From assembly GCA_963666835.2 (NCBI GenBank), contig CAXXGO010000006.1, positions 1,216,001 through 1,280,000 on the forward strand: 64,000 nucleotides of DNA, read 5' to 3'. The DNA comes from Phycisphaerae bacterium (GTDB taxonomy: Bacteria; Planctomycetota; Phycisphaerae; UBA1845). Positions 10,302-20,829 of the stretch are shown here, in pieces. Position numbers and translations under genes: made by a program. Numbering within the stretch: the first letter of the stretch is position 1; every line of letters begins with the position of its first letter. The notes beneath the pieces are model-generated. The model saw nothing but the letters and a program-made list of their open reading frames with translations, did not search any database and was not told the DNA's origin.

Positions 10302-11132
10302 ATGGATTTCACGAAGATGCACGGGCTGGGCAACGACTATGTATTCGTCGACATGCGCACCGAGCGGATCGACGACCCGGCGACGCTGGCGCGCGCGCTG
10401 TCGCCGCGGCATACCGGAGTAGGCAGTGACGGCCTCATCTTGATGTTCCCCACCGCGTCGGCGGATGTTCGCATGGAGATCTACAACGCCGACGGGTCGC
10501 GCGCCGAGATGTGCGGCAACGGCATAAGGGGCGTGGCCAAGTTCGTGGTGGAACGCGGCTGGGTCGGCGGACCGGAAGTGCGAATCGAGACGGACGCCGG
10601 GCTCAAACTCGCCTGCTGCGAATCGGTTGGCGGCGTCGTGCGCTCGGTGAGGGTCGACATGGGCTTGCCGTCGCTCTCTTCGGCGGCGATTCCAGCCAAT
10701 ATCGATACCCCCGAGGTTGTAGATTCTATCCTCGACGTCACCGACCCGGCATATCGCGTGACCTGTGTGTCTGTCGGCAACCCCCACGCGGTCGCGTTCG
10801 TTGATGACCTTGAAACGGTCGACCTGGCCGGCGCCGGGCGGGCGATCGAGTACGCTCCTCAGTTTCCTCAGCGGATCAACGTGCATTTTGCCAGGGTGGA
10901 GTCAAGAGGCAGCGTAGCGGTAAGAACCTGGGAGCGCGGCAGCGGGGTGACGCGGGCGTGCGGAACCGGAGCGTGCGCCGTCTGCGTGGCCGGAGTTGTG
11001 ACCGACCGTGTGGATCGGCTTTGCACCGTAGCGCTTCCCGGAGGAGACCTGCAAATCGAATGGGCGCGCGACGACCATCTGTACATGACGGGTCCGGTCG
11101 TCGAGGTGTTCAACGGCTCCTGGCCGGACTAG
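10302..11132 (+). CDS. dapF: Diaminopimelate epimerase
   Basis: FTKMHGLGNDY, NADGSRAEMCGNG, GNPHAV, ERGSGVTRACGTGACA; start moved to MDFTK. Confidence 0.97.
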   Translation: MDFTKMHGLGNDYVFVDMRTERIDDPATLARALSPRHTGVGSDGLILMFPTASADVRMEIYNADGSRAEMCGNGIRGVAKFVVERGWVGGPEVRIETDAGLKLACCESVGGVVRSVRVDMGLPSLSSAAIPANIDTPEVVDSILDVTDPAYRVTCVSVGNPHAVAFVDDLETVDLAGAGRAIEYAPQFPQRINVHFARVESRGSVAVRTWERGSGVTRACGTGACAVCVAGVVTDRVDRLCTVALPGGDLQIEWARDDHLYMTGPVVEVFNGSWPD

Positions 11133-11425
11133 ACATCTGAGACGCTCCCCGGACCTTTCGTATCGTAGCGTGCGAGTTTTACCGGACCTTCGTCGCCCGA
11201 CCACGGCGTGTGGATCGTCCTGTTCACCCGTATCTCCCGCCAGGGGTACTGCCCCGTTCCGATTTCTATTTTTGCGGGCGTGGCGCGTACGAGCGAAACG
11301 CGCTTCGGATGATGAGGCGCCGCGACGGTGCCAACGCTCGGGGCGCACGAGAACAACCGAGTTACGACGTCGGCAGGGTTACGAGCAGTGTCGGCGGGTA
11401 GGGGATTGGAAAGGAGCTATGTCAG

Positions 11426-14400
11426 ATGTCAAATCGAAGATTCAACCTGTGCACGGCCGGTCGCCCGAGGGCGGTGTCGGCGATCGTTACCGCCGTGCTG
11501 TTGGCCGTGCTGTCGGCGACGGCGGCAAGGGCCGGGACAGATGCGACGTGGGTAGGGCCCTATGGCGGAAACTGGTCTGTTGCGGAGAACTGGGATCCTG
11601 CGGTTGTTCCCAACGGCGCCGGGTACGACGTTTTGATCGACACGGACAGCGGTGTGGCGTCGTCGGTCCTGCTGAACGGGACTTATACCGTCGGCACATT
11701 GACTATCGATGCGGGAGACCAGCTAACCATAAGCAACAACCACAACCTGTACCCCACAGGAAACGTCTTCAACAACGGGTTGCTGGCAATCGAGGCGACC
11801 CTCAGCGCCACGTACTTACGCATTGCCGGGGTGGCCGTCACATTTGATGGTAGCGGCGCGTTGGTCATGAGCGACAGCTCTCGGAACAGGATCTCCGCGA
11901 ACGACTGGACTTACCGGCTGACCAACACTGGAAGCCACACGATCCGTGGGGCCGGTGATGTGGGCGGCAACAACATGGTGCTCACCAACAACAGCCTGAT
12001 TCAGGCTGACCAGCTCACGCCACTGGTAATCAACTTGGCCGGAAACGCCGAGCATCAGAACTACAACACAGGTACGATGCAGGCGATTAGCGGAGGCACG
12101 CTGTCGTTGTCGGGGTCGCCCATTGACAATACGGCGGGGGTAATCCAGGCCCTTGATGGGTCGGCGGTGACCTTGTCCGGGAACTCGCATATCTACAATG
12201 GCACGCTGGCGACTCAAGGGACGGGGCAAATCCGCGTGACCGGAGATTCATGGATCGAGAGTCTCTCCAACACGGGTGATCTGTCTGTTGAGAACAACGC
12301 CAATTGCTACGTTCGGGGAATGATTGACAATCCCGGGACGGTATCCGTGAACGCTACGACGAGCAATACGTATCTCCGACTAGACCAAGCGGAGGCCGGC
12401 TTCACCGGCACCGGCGAAATCGTGCTCGGAGACTCCGGCCGTAACATGATCCACGCGAACGACTGGACCTACCGGTTTACCAATACGGGTGGACACACGA
12501 TCCGCGGCGGCGGTAACATCGGCGGAAACAATATGTTGCTCACCAACGCGGCCACTATTCAAGCGGACTGTGCCGGTGTGACGATGTCTGTGGATACCGG
12601 CGGCAGTAGTTATGAGAGCTGCAACACTGGTATCATGAAGGCGACCGGCGGCGGCATCCTGTCGATCAGCGGTTCCACCCTCGACAACACTGGAGGAACG
12701 ATCGAAGCGCAGAACGAATCCTACGTGGATCTGACCCAGGGTACCCACGTGCGTAACGGGACATTGTCCACCGAGGGGACCGGCCTGATTCGTGTTTCTG
12801 CGAACAGCAATGCCTACCTGGACAGTGTTACAAACACAGGCCGCGTCTCCGTGCTTAATAACGCCGATCTCTATGTCCGTGGGGCAATTACAAACGACGG
12901 GACGATCGGCGTGGACTCCCCGGGTAGCAACGCTACCGACATTCGTCTTGATCAGTCTGCGGCGACGCTGACCGGTGACGGCGAGGTCGTGTTGGCGGAC
13001 CACGCGAATAATCGGATTAGTGCGGATGATTGGAGGTACCGGCTCACGAACGCCGGCAATCATACGATTCGCGGTGGCGGCAGCCTCGGACTAAACAACA
13101 TGCTGCTCACCAACGAGTCGCTCATTCAAGCGGATGGGTCGGACGTTACGATGACCGTGGACTTGCCCGGCAATGCGGAAAACGAGAACTTCAACACGGG
13201 TGTTATGCAGGCCGCCGCAGGCGCCGTTTTGAGCTTGTACGCTACGCCAATCAACAACGACTCCGGTGAGATTCGAGCTCTTGATGGATCCTTTGTCAGT
13301 CTGTCCGGCGGGACGCACATATACAACGGAGAACTCGACACAGAGGGTAGCGGCCTGATCCGCGCTTCGGGCGGAAATGCGGCCTGTATCGAGGGCGTGA
13401 CCAGCAACGGGCACATCTCCTTGCTCAATGGCTCCGACTTATATATCCGTGGCACCCTGACGAACAACGGAACGATTGGTGTGGATTCATCCGGTTCAAA
13501 CGCTACGAACTTGCTACTCGACCAAGCGGAGGCGACGCTCACCGGTGATGGTGAGGTCGTCCTGGCGAGTCGCGCCAACAATCGAATCTACGCAAACGAT
13601 TGGACGTACCGGCTTATCAATACCGGCAATCATGCGATTCGCGGCGGCGGCAGCTTCGGACTCAACAACATGCTCCTAACCAACGAATCGCTCATCGAAG
13701 CAGATCAAGCGGGTGTGACGATGTCGCTGGACGTGGCAAACGGCGGGGAGAGCTTGAACACGGGCGTCGTGCAGGCAACCGGAGGTGGAGTTCTGGCCCT
13801 GAGCGGCTCGCCAATCAACAACGATACGGGCGAGATCAAAGCTCTTGACGGGTCCTTTGTTGATCTGTCCGGGGGGACGCACATCTACAACGGTGAGCTT
13901 GATACGGAGGGCAGCGGTCTGATTCGTGTTCCGAACGGACAGACTGCCTACATAGAGAATCTGACCAGCAGCGGGCACATCTCCGTGCTCAATAACGCCA
14001 ACTTCTATCTTCGTGGCGTTGTCACAAACAATGGCACGATTGGTGTGGATTCATCCGGTTCAAACGCTACGAACTTGCTACTCGACCAAGCGGAGGCGAC
14101 GCTCACCGGTGATGGTGAGGTCGTCCTGGCGAGTCGCGCCAACAATCGAATCTACGCAAGCGATTGGACGTACCGGCTTATCAATACCGGCAATCATGCG
14201 ATTCGCGGCGGCGGCAGCTTCGGACTCAACAGCATGCTCCTCACCAACGAGTCGCTCATCGAAGCAGATCAGCCGGGCGTGACGATGGCGATAGATATGG
14301 CAAACGGCGGAGAGAGTTTCAACGGTGGAGTCATGCAGGCCACTGGGGGCGGGACGCTGTACTTGTATGCGTCGCCGATCGACAACGAGTCTGGTGAAAT

Positions 14401-17400
14401 CAAAGCTCTTGATGAATCGTATGTTGACCTGGGTGGTGGGACACACGTGTATAACGGCGAGCTACATACGGAGGGCAGCGGCCTGATTCGCGTTCCGGGC
14501 GGACACTCCGCCTACATCGAGAATCTGACCAGCGACGGGCACATTTCCGTGTGCAATAATGCCGACCTCTATGTTCGTGGCATTGTCACCAACAACGGGA
14601 CGATTGGGGTGGATTCGCCTGGTGTAAACACCACACACTTGCGACTCGACCAGGCCGAGGCAACCCTTGCCGGCGACGGCGAGGTCGTTCTTGCGGATCA
14701 CTCGTACAATCGAATCTACGCCAACGATTGGTCGTATGTACTTACTAACGGCGTCAATCACACGATACGCGGCGGTGGCAGTATTGGTGCGAACAACATG
14801 GGGCTTATCAACCAGGGTTCGATCGTGGCCGACGCCAGCGGAGGGATGACGCTGGACCTCTCCAACGCCGGCTTCGATAACCAGGGTACGCTGCACGTCA
14901 CCAACGAAAGCACGATGTACATCGCCCCGACCCCGTTTACCACGAGCGGGACCGTGACCGTCGACGAGACGTGCGTGCTGACCCGCAGCGGCGATTACCC
15001 GCAGACTGCCGGGCTGACCACCGTGCATGGTGAACTGAGTGTCTCCGCCGGTATCGACCTGCAGGGTGGTGTGCTCGGAGGGAATGGGCTCGTCAGTGCC
15101 TATGTCGGCAACACCGGCGGCGCCGTCGGGCCGGGGGCTTCGGCCGGAACCCTGACCATCGATGACGACTATGACCAAGCCAGCGAGGCCGAGCTGCGGA
15201 TCGAGCTGGGGGGCACGGACGACGGTGAGTTTGACGTCCTCGAAGTGACCGGTACGGCCGCCCTGGCCGGGACGCTGAGCCTGACCGTGATTGACGATTA
15301 CGTCCCCATGCCCGGCGACAGCTTCGTCATTCTAACGGCGGCGTTAGTGGATTCGGAGTTCGAAACCGTGACCGTGGCGGGGCTGCCGGACGGCCTGTGC
15401 GAAGATGTCGGTTACTCAGATACCGAGGTTACTGTCACGATCATCGGAACCGTTATTACTCAGCAACCGACGGATCAGACCGTTTGTCTGGACGATCCGG
15501 TCGAGTTCACTGTCGAGTACACGGGGACCGATCCGGACGGGTACCAATGGCGTAAGGACGGCGTAGATATCCCCGGCGAGGAGGACGCCACGCTCTCGAT
15601 AGAGTCGGTCACAACTGAAGACGCCGGCATGTACGATGTCGTGATCACTAACATCTGCGGGACAATGACCAGTGAACCGGCTACTCTGGTGGTCAACACG
15701 CCGCCGGTGATTGAGGTTGAGCCGGTCGGAGCGACTCTTTGTGAGGGTGGGCCTTTCGAGATCAGCGTCACGGCTTCCGGTACCACCCCCTTCGACTATC
15801 GCTGGCGTAAGGACGGAGTCGAAATCCCCGGCGAGGAGAGCGATACGTTCAGGATCGACGCCGTCACCACGGCCGATGCCGGGGCGTACGATGTCGTAGT
15901 GACCAACGTCTGCGGGACGGCGATTAGCGCCGATGCGGTTCTCGTGGTCAACACGGCACCGGTGATTATCGTCGATCCCGTCGGAGCCACTCTTTGCGAG
16001 GGCGAGCCGCTCGAAATCAGCGTCACGGCTTCCGGCACGACGCCCTACGACTATCGCTGGCGTAAGGACGGAGTCGAGATCCCCGGCGAGGAGAGCGATA
16101 CGTTCGGGATCGACGCCGTCACTACGACCGATGCGGGGGCGTACGACGTCGTTGTGACCAATGTCTGTGGGACGATAATCAGCGCCGATGCGGTTCTGGT
16201 GGTCAATACGGCACCAACGATCATTACCGATCCCGCCGGAGCTACCCTTTGCGAAGGGGCGCCGTTCGAGATCAGCGTTACGGCTTCCGGCACAACGCCC
16301 TACGACTATCGCTGGCGGAAAGACGGCGTGGAGATCCCCGGCGAGAGAAGCGGTACGTTCAGGATCGACGCCGTCACCTCGGCGGATGCCGGGGTGTACG
16401 ATGTCGTGGTGACCAACGTCTGCGGGACGGTGACCAGCGCCGACGCGATTCTGGTGGTCAACACGGCACCCACGATTATTTCCGAGCCGGTCGGGGCCAC
16501 TCTTTGTGAGGGGGCGCCTTTCGAAGTCAGCGTTACGGCTTCCGGCACGACTCCTCTTGACTATCGCTGGCGTAGGGACGGCGTGGAAATCCCCGGCGAG
16601 GAGAGCGATACGTTGAGGATCGACGCCGTCACTACGGCTGATGCCGGGGTCTACGATGTCGTAGTGACCAACGTCTGCGGGACGGTGACGAGCGCCGACG
16701 CTGTTTTGGTGGTCAATACCGCGCCAGCGATTATCACCGAGCCGGTTGGGGCTATCCTGTGTGAGGGTGATCCTTTCGTGCTCAGCGTGACGGTTTCGGG
16801 GACAACGCCCTACGACTATCGCTGGCGTAAGGACGGCGTGGGAATCCCCGGTGAGGAGAGCGATACCTTCAGGATCGACGCCGTCACCACAGCCGATGCC
16901 GGGGCGTATGACGTCGTAGTAACCAACGTCTGCGGGACGGTGACCAGTGTCGATGCGGTTCTGGTGGTTGACGTGGCGCCGACGATCGTGTTGCACCCGG
17001 TCGGTGTATCGGTCTGCGAGGGCACCCCGGTTACGTTTACGGTCGAGGCCGTTGGAACGCTGCCGTTCGATTACATCTGGCGTAAGGATGGTGTTGTACT
17101 GCCCTGGGCTCAGACGGATACTCTGGAGATTGAGTCCGCCGACGCCTCGGATGCGGGCGAGTACGATGTCATCGTGGAAAACGCCTGCGGTAGCGCCCCA
17201 AGCCACGTGGCCACCCTGGAAGTCGAACTATCCGGGCCCGCGGACTTGGATACGGACTGCGATGTTGACCTGGACGATTTCGCCGAGTTCAGTGCCTGTA
17301 TGATTGGCCCTGACTTGCCGGTGCCCAGCGGGTGCGAGGAAGCAGACATCACCGGTGACGGGCAAGTCGATCTGTTAGACTTCGCGGAGTTTGCGGCCCT

Positions 17401-17419
17401 GTACACCGGGGCGCAGTAA
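11426..17419 (+). CDS. Giant secreted adhesin-like protein: six ~188-aa beta-helix-type repeats, seven Ig-like domains, C-terminal dockerin-like module
   Basis: Signal peptide ..ATAARA; six (N/D)DWxY-containing repeats ~564 bp apart; seven WR(K/R)DG..DAGxYDV repeats 255 bp apart; DLDTDCDVDLDDF..DITGDGQVDLLDF tail. Confidence 0.88.
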   Translation: MSNRRFNLCTAGRPRAVSAIVTAVLLAVLSATAARAGTDATWVGPYGGNWSVAENWDPAVVPNGAGYDVLIDTDSGVASSVLLNGTYTVGTLTIDAGDQLTISNNHNLYPTGNVFNNGLLAIEATLSATYLRIAGVAVTFDGSGALVMSDSSRNRISANDWTYRLTNTGSHTIRGAGDVGGNNMVLTNNSLIQADQLTPLVINLAGNAEHQNYNTGTMQAISGGTLSLSGSPIDNTAGVIQALDGSAVTLSGNSHIYNGTLATQGTGQIRVTGDSWIESLSNTGDLSVENNANCYVRGMIDNPGTVSVNATTSNTYLRLDQAEAGFTGTGEIVLGDSGRNMIHANDWTYRFTNTGGHTIRGGGNIGGNNMLLTNAATIQADCAGVTMSVDTGGSSYESCNTGIMKATGGGILSISGSTLDNTGGTIEAQNESYVDLTQGTHVRNGTLSTEGTGLIRVSANSNAYLDSVTNTGRVSVLNNADLYVRGAITNDGTIGVDSPGSNATDIRLDQSAATLTGDGEVVLADHANNRISADDWRYRLTNAGNHTIRGGGSLGLNNMLLTNESLIQADGSDVTMTVDLPGNAENENFNTGVMQAAAGAVLSLYATPINNDSGEIRALDGSFVSLSGGTHIYNGELDTEGSGLIRASGGNAACIEGVTSNGHISLLNGSDLYIRGTLTNNGTIGVDSSGSNATNLLLDQAEATLTGDGEVVLASRANNRIYANDWTYRLINTGNHAIRGGGSFGLNNMLLTNESLIEADQAGVTMSLDVANGGESLNTGVVQATGGGVLALSGSPINNDTGEIKALDGSFVDLSGGTHIYNGELDTEGSGLIRVPNGQTAYIENLTSSGHISVLNNANFYLRGVVTNNGTIGVDSSGSNATNLLLDQAEATLTGDGEVVLASRANNRIYASDWTYRLINTGNHAIRGGGSFGLNSMLLTNESLIEADQPGVTMAIDMANGGESFNGGVMQATGGGTLYLYASPIDNESGEIKALDESYVDLGGGTHVYNGELHTEGSGLIRVPGGHSAYIENLTSDGHISVCNNADLYVRGIVTNNGTIGVDSPGVNTTHLRLDQAEATLAGDGEVVLADHSYNRIYANDWSYVLTNGVNHTIRGGGSIGANNMGLINQGSIVADASGGMTLDLSNAGFDNQGTLHVTNESTMYIAPTPFTTSGTVTVDETCVLTRSGDYPQTAGLTTVHGELSVSAGIDLQGGVLGGNGLVSAYVGNTGGAVGPGASAGTLTIDDDYDQASEAELRIELGGTDDGEFDVLEVTGTAALAGTLSLTVIDDYVPMPGDSFVILTAALVDSEFETVTVAGLPDGLCEDVGYSDTEVTVTIIGTVITQQPTDQTVCLDDPVEFTVEYTGTDPDGYQWRKDGVDIPGEEDATLSIESVTTEDAGMYDVVITNICGTMTSEPATLVVNTPPVIEVEPVGATLCEGGPFEISVTASGTTPFDYRWRKDGVEIPGEESDTFRIDAVTTADAGAYDVVVTNVCGTAISADAVLVVNTAPVIIVDPVGATLCEGEPLEISVTASGTTPYDYRWRKDGVEIPGEESDTFGIDAVTTTDAGAYDVVVTNVCGTIISADAVLVVNTAPTIITDPAGATLCEGAPFEISVTASGTTPYDYRWRKDGVEIPGERSGTFRIDAVTSADAGVYDVVVTNVCGTVTSADAILVVNTAPTIISEPVGATLCEGAPFEVSVTASGTTPLDYRWRRDGVEIPGEESDTLRIDAVTTADAGVYDVVVTNVCGTVTSADAVLVVNTAPAIITEPVGAILCEGDPFVLSVTVSGTTPYDYRWRKDGVGIPGEESDTFRIDAVTTADAGAYDVVVTNVCGTVTSVDAVLVVDVAPTIVLHPVGVSVCEGTPVTFTVEAVGTLPFDYIWRKDGVVLPWAQTDTLEIESADASDAGEYDVIVENACGSAPSHVATLEVELSGPADLDTDCDVDLDDFAEFSACMIGPDLPVPSGCEEADITGDGQVDLLDFAEFAALYTGAQ
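15450..17225 (+). repeat. Intragenic tandem array of seven 255-bp Ig-domain repeats
   Basis: WRKDG-coding segments at ~15548, 15803, 16058, 16313, 16568, 16823, 17078. Confidence 0.9.
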
Positions 17420-17489
17420 GGTGTAATCGAGGATCGCCGATTCGACACCGATAGCCAAACCGCGTCGAGGGCATCCGGGCATTGAAACC

Positions 17490-17532
17490 GGCGAGGGAGT
17501 CTGAGGTGAGTATCATCTCCGACTCCCTCGCC
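17490..17532. terminator. Hairpin between convergent genes, probable terminator
   Basis: GGCGAGGGAGTCTGAG..CTCCGACTCCCTCGCC followed by TCTTCTT. Confidence 0.65.
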
Positions 17533-17635
17533 TCTTCTTCCACCTATCGCTCGTTGACGGAAGGAGCGTACGTGTGCGGCTCCGGCGCCGGGCATGGCCA
17601 CGCAAACGCGGACCGCAGCCCCCGGAATGTGTCTG

Positions 17636-19714
17636 TTACTGGAGGAAGTTATTCAGAAGCTCCGCAAGATCGGCGAGGTCGATATCGCCATCGTCATCGA
17701 GATCGAAAGCGTTCAGGCAGGCGTTTGAGCAATTGCCGTTAAGCGGGAGACCGGGTCCAGCCAAGCAGTCCGGCAGCTCTGCGTAATCGCCCAGATCTAC
17801 GTTCCCGTCCTGATCGTAATCCCCGGCCAGATACAGGCGGCAGCTATCCGGAATCGCGTCCCCGTTGCAGTCCTCCGCCGTTGCCGCGACTTGAGTCCGG
17901 ATCATGAGCTCCCATTGAATGAGCACGCCAAGTTCGGCAGGTGTCTCCGCCTGCGTATCCACCACGGCCAACTTCCATATACCGCCGGCGTCCATCCCGT
18001 CGTACGTGGACAGTAATCCGACGGGGGCGTAGCTGCCGAAGAAGGGGGCTGAGCCGTCGGTTATTACCTCTTCCGCCTCGTCATCGAACACGGTTCCTGC
18101 GAAGTCGCTTCCGGTGCCGCCGTGGTTGACCACAAGCTCTACTATCTGACCGCCGTGTTCCAGGCGCAGAGCCAGCTCACCCACAGTGTTGTGTCTGACG
18201 TTTACGCGAACGTCCACGTCAGTAATTGTGCCCGCCGACACCATCATGGGCCAAAACACCGCCCCCGGCGACATTAGAGGTGAGTTGATCCAGCCGGTTG
18301 AGCGAACTTCATAGTGGGTTCCACCCAGTTCACATCCGTCGGGCAGAGAGTTGTTGTTGCAGTCGTCGCAGCCGGCATCGTCGACGCACTCTGCGATCGT
18401 GCAAACGTCTCCTACGCCGTCGCCATCGCAGTCGGCCTGATCAGGATTAGCATCGCCGGAGCAGTTGTCGCAACGATTGCCCACGCCGTCCTGGTCACCG
18501 TCGCTCTGATTTGCGTTTGCTTCATAGGGGCAGTTGTCGCATAGGTCACCCGTTGCGTCCTGGTCCGAATCCGTTTGCGCCGGATTCGCAATATCTACGC
18601 AATTGTCACACGCGTCGCCTACATCGTCCTCGTCCGCGTCATTCTGCGCGGTGTTCGGGGTGTCCGGGCAGTTATCGCAGACGTTGCCCACATCATCTCC
18701 GTCCCCGTCGTTCTGCCCGGAGTTGGCTATGTTGACGCAGTTGTCGCAGGCGTTGCCCACGCCGTCGTTGTCGCGGTCCCACTGGCCACCGTTGGCGACT
18801 TCCGTACAATTATCGCAAGCATCGCCCCATTGATCCGTATCCGAGTTCTGCTGGTCGGGATTCTCGACGGCGATGCAGTTATCTACACAATCCGAGACCA
18901 TGTCCCCGTCGGAATCCGGCTCTTCGACTTGACCGCAACCGCAGTCCCCTGGGTGGGTCTTGTTGGGATCATCAGGGCAATAATCCGATGAGGCAACGTC
19001 GATGAACGCAGCGCCCAACCGAATCTCATCCCATATCGAATCAGCCGATGCTGTTACCGCGGAGATCTTGACTTTGGTGAACGGCACCCGCGCGAAGGTG
19101 ACGTTCGCGGCCGCGTCGCCGTCGGCAGGCGGCGTATCCAGGTCGGGATTGACCCATATTCGGATTCTGCTGGTGGCGCTCATGTCGATCACGCCGACAA
19201 TGAACACCTTCTGGCTGAAAGGCACTCCGAGGTTGTGCCAGCCGGTGGGCAGCTCGAGCGTCCAGTTCGTGCTGCCGTTGACCATCCCGATGGAAATCTC
19301 AGAACTCCAGTCGTCCGTGTAGAAGGAGAGTGTTTCGGCTCCCCCACCCAGGCTTCCTTTGCCGATGAAACTAAACCAGACGGAAGTGCCCGTCGCGCCC
19401 TGCGATTCAGCCAACAGCCGAGTATTGAACCGGAAGGAGTCCTCGAGATACATGGCGTTGCCCACCACGGGATAGGCCGCGCCGGTACTGTCCGTGTACG
19501 TCAACCCCGGAGACCTTACTCGGCTACTCGTGCCGGCCAGCCACTGTTCGGCCCATCCTTCTCCACCGGTCATTCCCCGCAGTACTGTGGCATCGGGGTA
19601 GTTGAAGCCTTCGTAGGCGATTAACTCACCACGAACCACTGGCGCCGACCCGAATACCGCCGACAGACAGACAACGCTCAGCCACGCCCGACCTTTTCCG
19701 CTCAGTAGCTTCAT
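17636..19714 (-). CDS. Secreted protein: N-terminal beta domain, thrombospondin type-3 repeats, proprotein-convertase P domain, dockerin-like C-terminus
   Basis: Signal peptide MKLLSGK..VVRG; ~8 DxDxDGVGxxCDNC repeats; ITDVDVRVNVRH..GIWKLAVVD..LIQWEL; GDYDQDGNVDLGDY..DLDDDGDIDLADL. Confidence 0.85.
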   Translation of the reverse strand: MKLLSGKGRAWLSVVCLSAVFGSAPVVRGELIAYEGFNYPDATVLRGMTGGEGWAEQWLAGTSSRVRSPGLTYTDSTGAAYPVVGNAMYLEDSFRFNTRLLAESQGATGTSVWFSFIGKGSLGGGAETLSFYTDDWSSEISIGMVNGSTNWTLELPTGWHNLGVPFSQKVFIVGVIDMSATSRIRIWVNPDLDTPPADGDAAANVTFARVPFTKVKISAVTASADSIWDEIRLGAAFIDVASSDYCPDDPNKTHPGDCGCGQVEEPDSDGDMVSDCVDNCIAVENPDQQNSDTDQWGDACDNCTEVANGGQWDRDNDGVGNACDNCVNIANSGQNDGDGDDVGNVCDNCPDTPNTAQNDADEDDVGDACDNCVDIANPAQTDSDQDATGDLCDNCPYEANANQSDGDQDGVGNRCDNCSGDANPDQADCDGDGVGDVCTIAECVDDAGCDDCNNNSLPDGCELGGTHYEVRSTGWINSPLMSPGAVFWPMMVSAGTITDVDVRVNVRHNTVGELALRLEHGGQIVELVVNHGGTGSDFAGTVFDDEAEEVITDGSAPFFGSYAPVGLLSTYDGMDAGGIWKLAVVDTQAETPAELGVLIQWELMIRTQVAATAEDCNGDAIPDSCRLYLAGDYDQDGNVDLGDYAELPDCLAGPGLPLNGNCSNACLNAFDLDDDGDIDLADLAELLNNFLQ

Positions 19715-20254
19715 GTTCAACATCCTGGAGTGCTGGTGTGCCACATGGGCCAACGCAAAGATGGGGATGGTCAGTCTGAGTGGCTGGCCGCCGCCTCCGA
19801 CCTCGCTATAAACCGCTCCCCCCGCCGTGGTGTTCCTGGCGATCCGATTGATGACCCCGGTCACTTATATTGCCGTGAACACGCCTAAGTCAACGCGATT
19901 GCCGGTTGGCTGACGGTATCGGACCCGGGGGCCGTACGTTTTGCTCCAAGCCCGCCTCGCCCATAACTCCACAGGCTTTCCCACAAGACCGGCACGCCGT
20001 TGCGAGCCAAAACGGCTCAGCGACGCTCGAACCGATAATCGCAAAGTGTCTTATTAGTCGCGGTTGCGAGGCCGAATCGAAAGGCCGCCGGGCATCACTA
20101 CCGCGCTTTGGGGAACACGCGGCAGGCATAAAAGCCGGTGAGCCTCCTCATGTTTGTGGACGTTATCGATTGTGCGAAGGCTCGCCACTTCCGTTGCGGC
20201 GATGCTCTCGAACCCTACACGCAGCACCAGAGAAGCGGCCGCCGCGCAGATTAA

Positions 20255-20440
20255 GTTTCGATTAAGAATGGCGCGGAAAGACCCCGGGGCAGGGTTGTCC
20301 ACCGGGAAACATACGGGCACGTTTGCTGTTCAGACGTCCATCCTGTCGTCCAGGGCAATCGCGCTTGGAATGCTGATTGAGCCACTGTTAAGGGCGTTTC
20401 GTGGGAATTCGCGGACACGAACGGGGAGCTTGCGCGCTGC
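20255..20440 (-). pseudogene. Possible heavily decayed HicA-like toxin remnant
   Basis: Across three frames RKLPV..REF..AL / QDGRL / VPV..APGSFRAIL, in the order of HicA motifs. Confidence 0.3.
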
Positions 20441-20494
20441 AACCAAGATGCCTTGGCTTTGTCCGGCGAGGCGGCATCTATAGATGCGCAAAGA

Positions 20495-20537
20495 CGATCT
20501 CTGCAAAACTTCACGTTCGGTTGACACGCTCCTGACA
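20495..20537 (+). promoter_or_regulatory. Conserved upstream motif, copy 1 (putative OmpR-family box plus TTGACA)
   Basis: CGATCTCTGCAAAACTTCACGTTCGGTTGACA, 27/32 identical to 31112-31143. Confidence 0.7.
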
Positions 20538-20829
20538 TGTTGGAGCGTTTAATACTAGTGAGTCTGACTCACGGTGGATGCCGGCCGGTTGAGCGTTGGC
20601 CGGCGGGCTTGGGTCATTGTTGTGCGGACGTTTGCCGCCCAGCTTTCGGGGCACGCTGAAGTGAATGGACTACGGGGTTATCCGCGGTGGCAACCGGGCA
20701 CGAGAACGGCCCGCGAGCACGCTCGCGGGGCGGGGTCGGTTGCCTGGTGTATCGCAACAGTGTGCGGATCGGGCGGGCGTCGCGTCAGGGTGAAGTTATG
20801 CAAGGTAAGCTTTCAAGGAGTATCGAGAC

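Noticed and set aside
13472..14269. DGR-like template/variable pair, since the few mismatches fall mostly at adenines (two AAC>AGC)
   Set aside because: Only a handful of many adenines differ, both copies are inside one ORF and no reverse transcriptase is in the window; ordinary duplication suffices
15416..17206. 596-aa minus-strand ORF and similar shadows (21957-23330, 48846-50327, 20785-21894)
   Set aside because: Antisense to well-supported genes, no recognisable motifs
19885..19901. CTAAGTCAACGCGATTG resembling an IS4-type terminal repeat
   Set aside because: No partner end or transposase found
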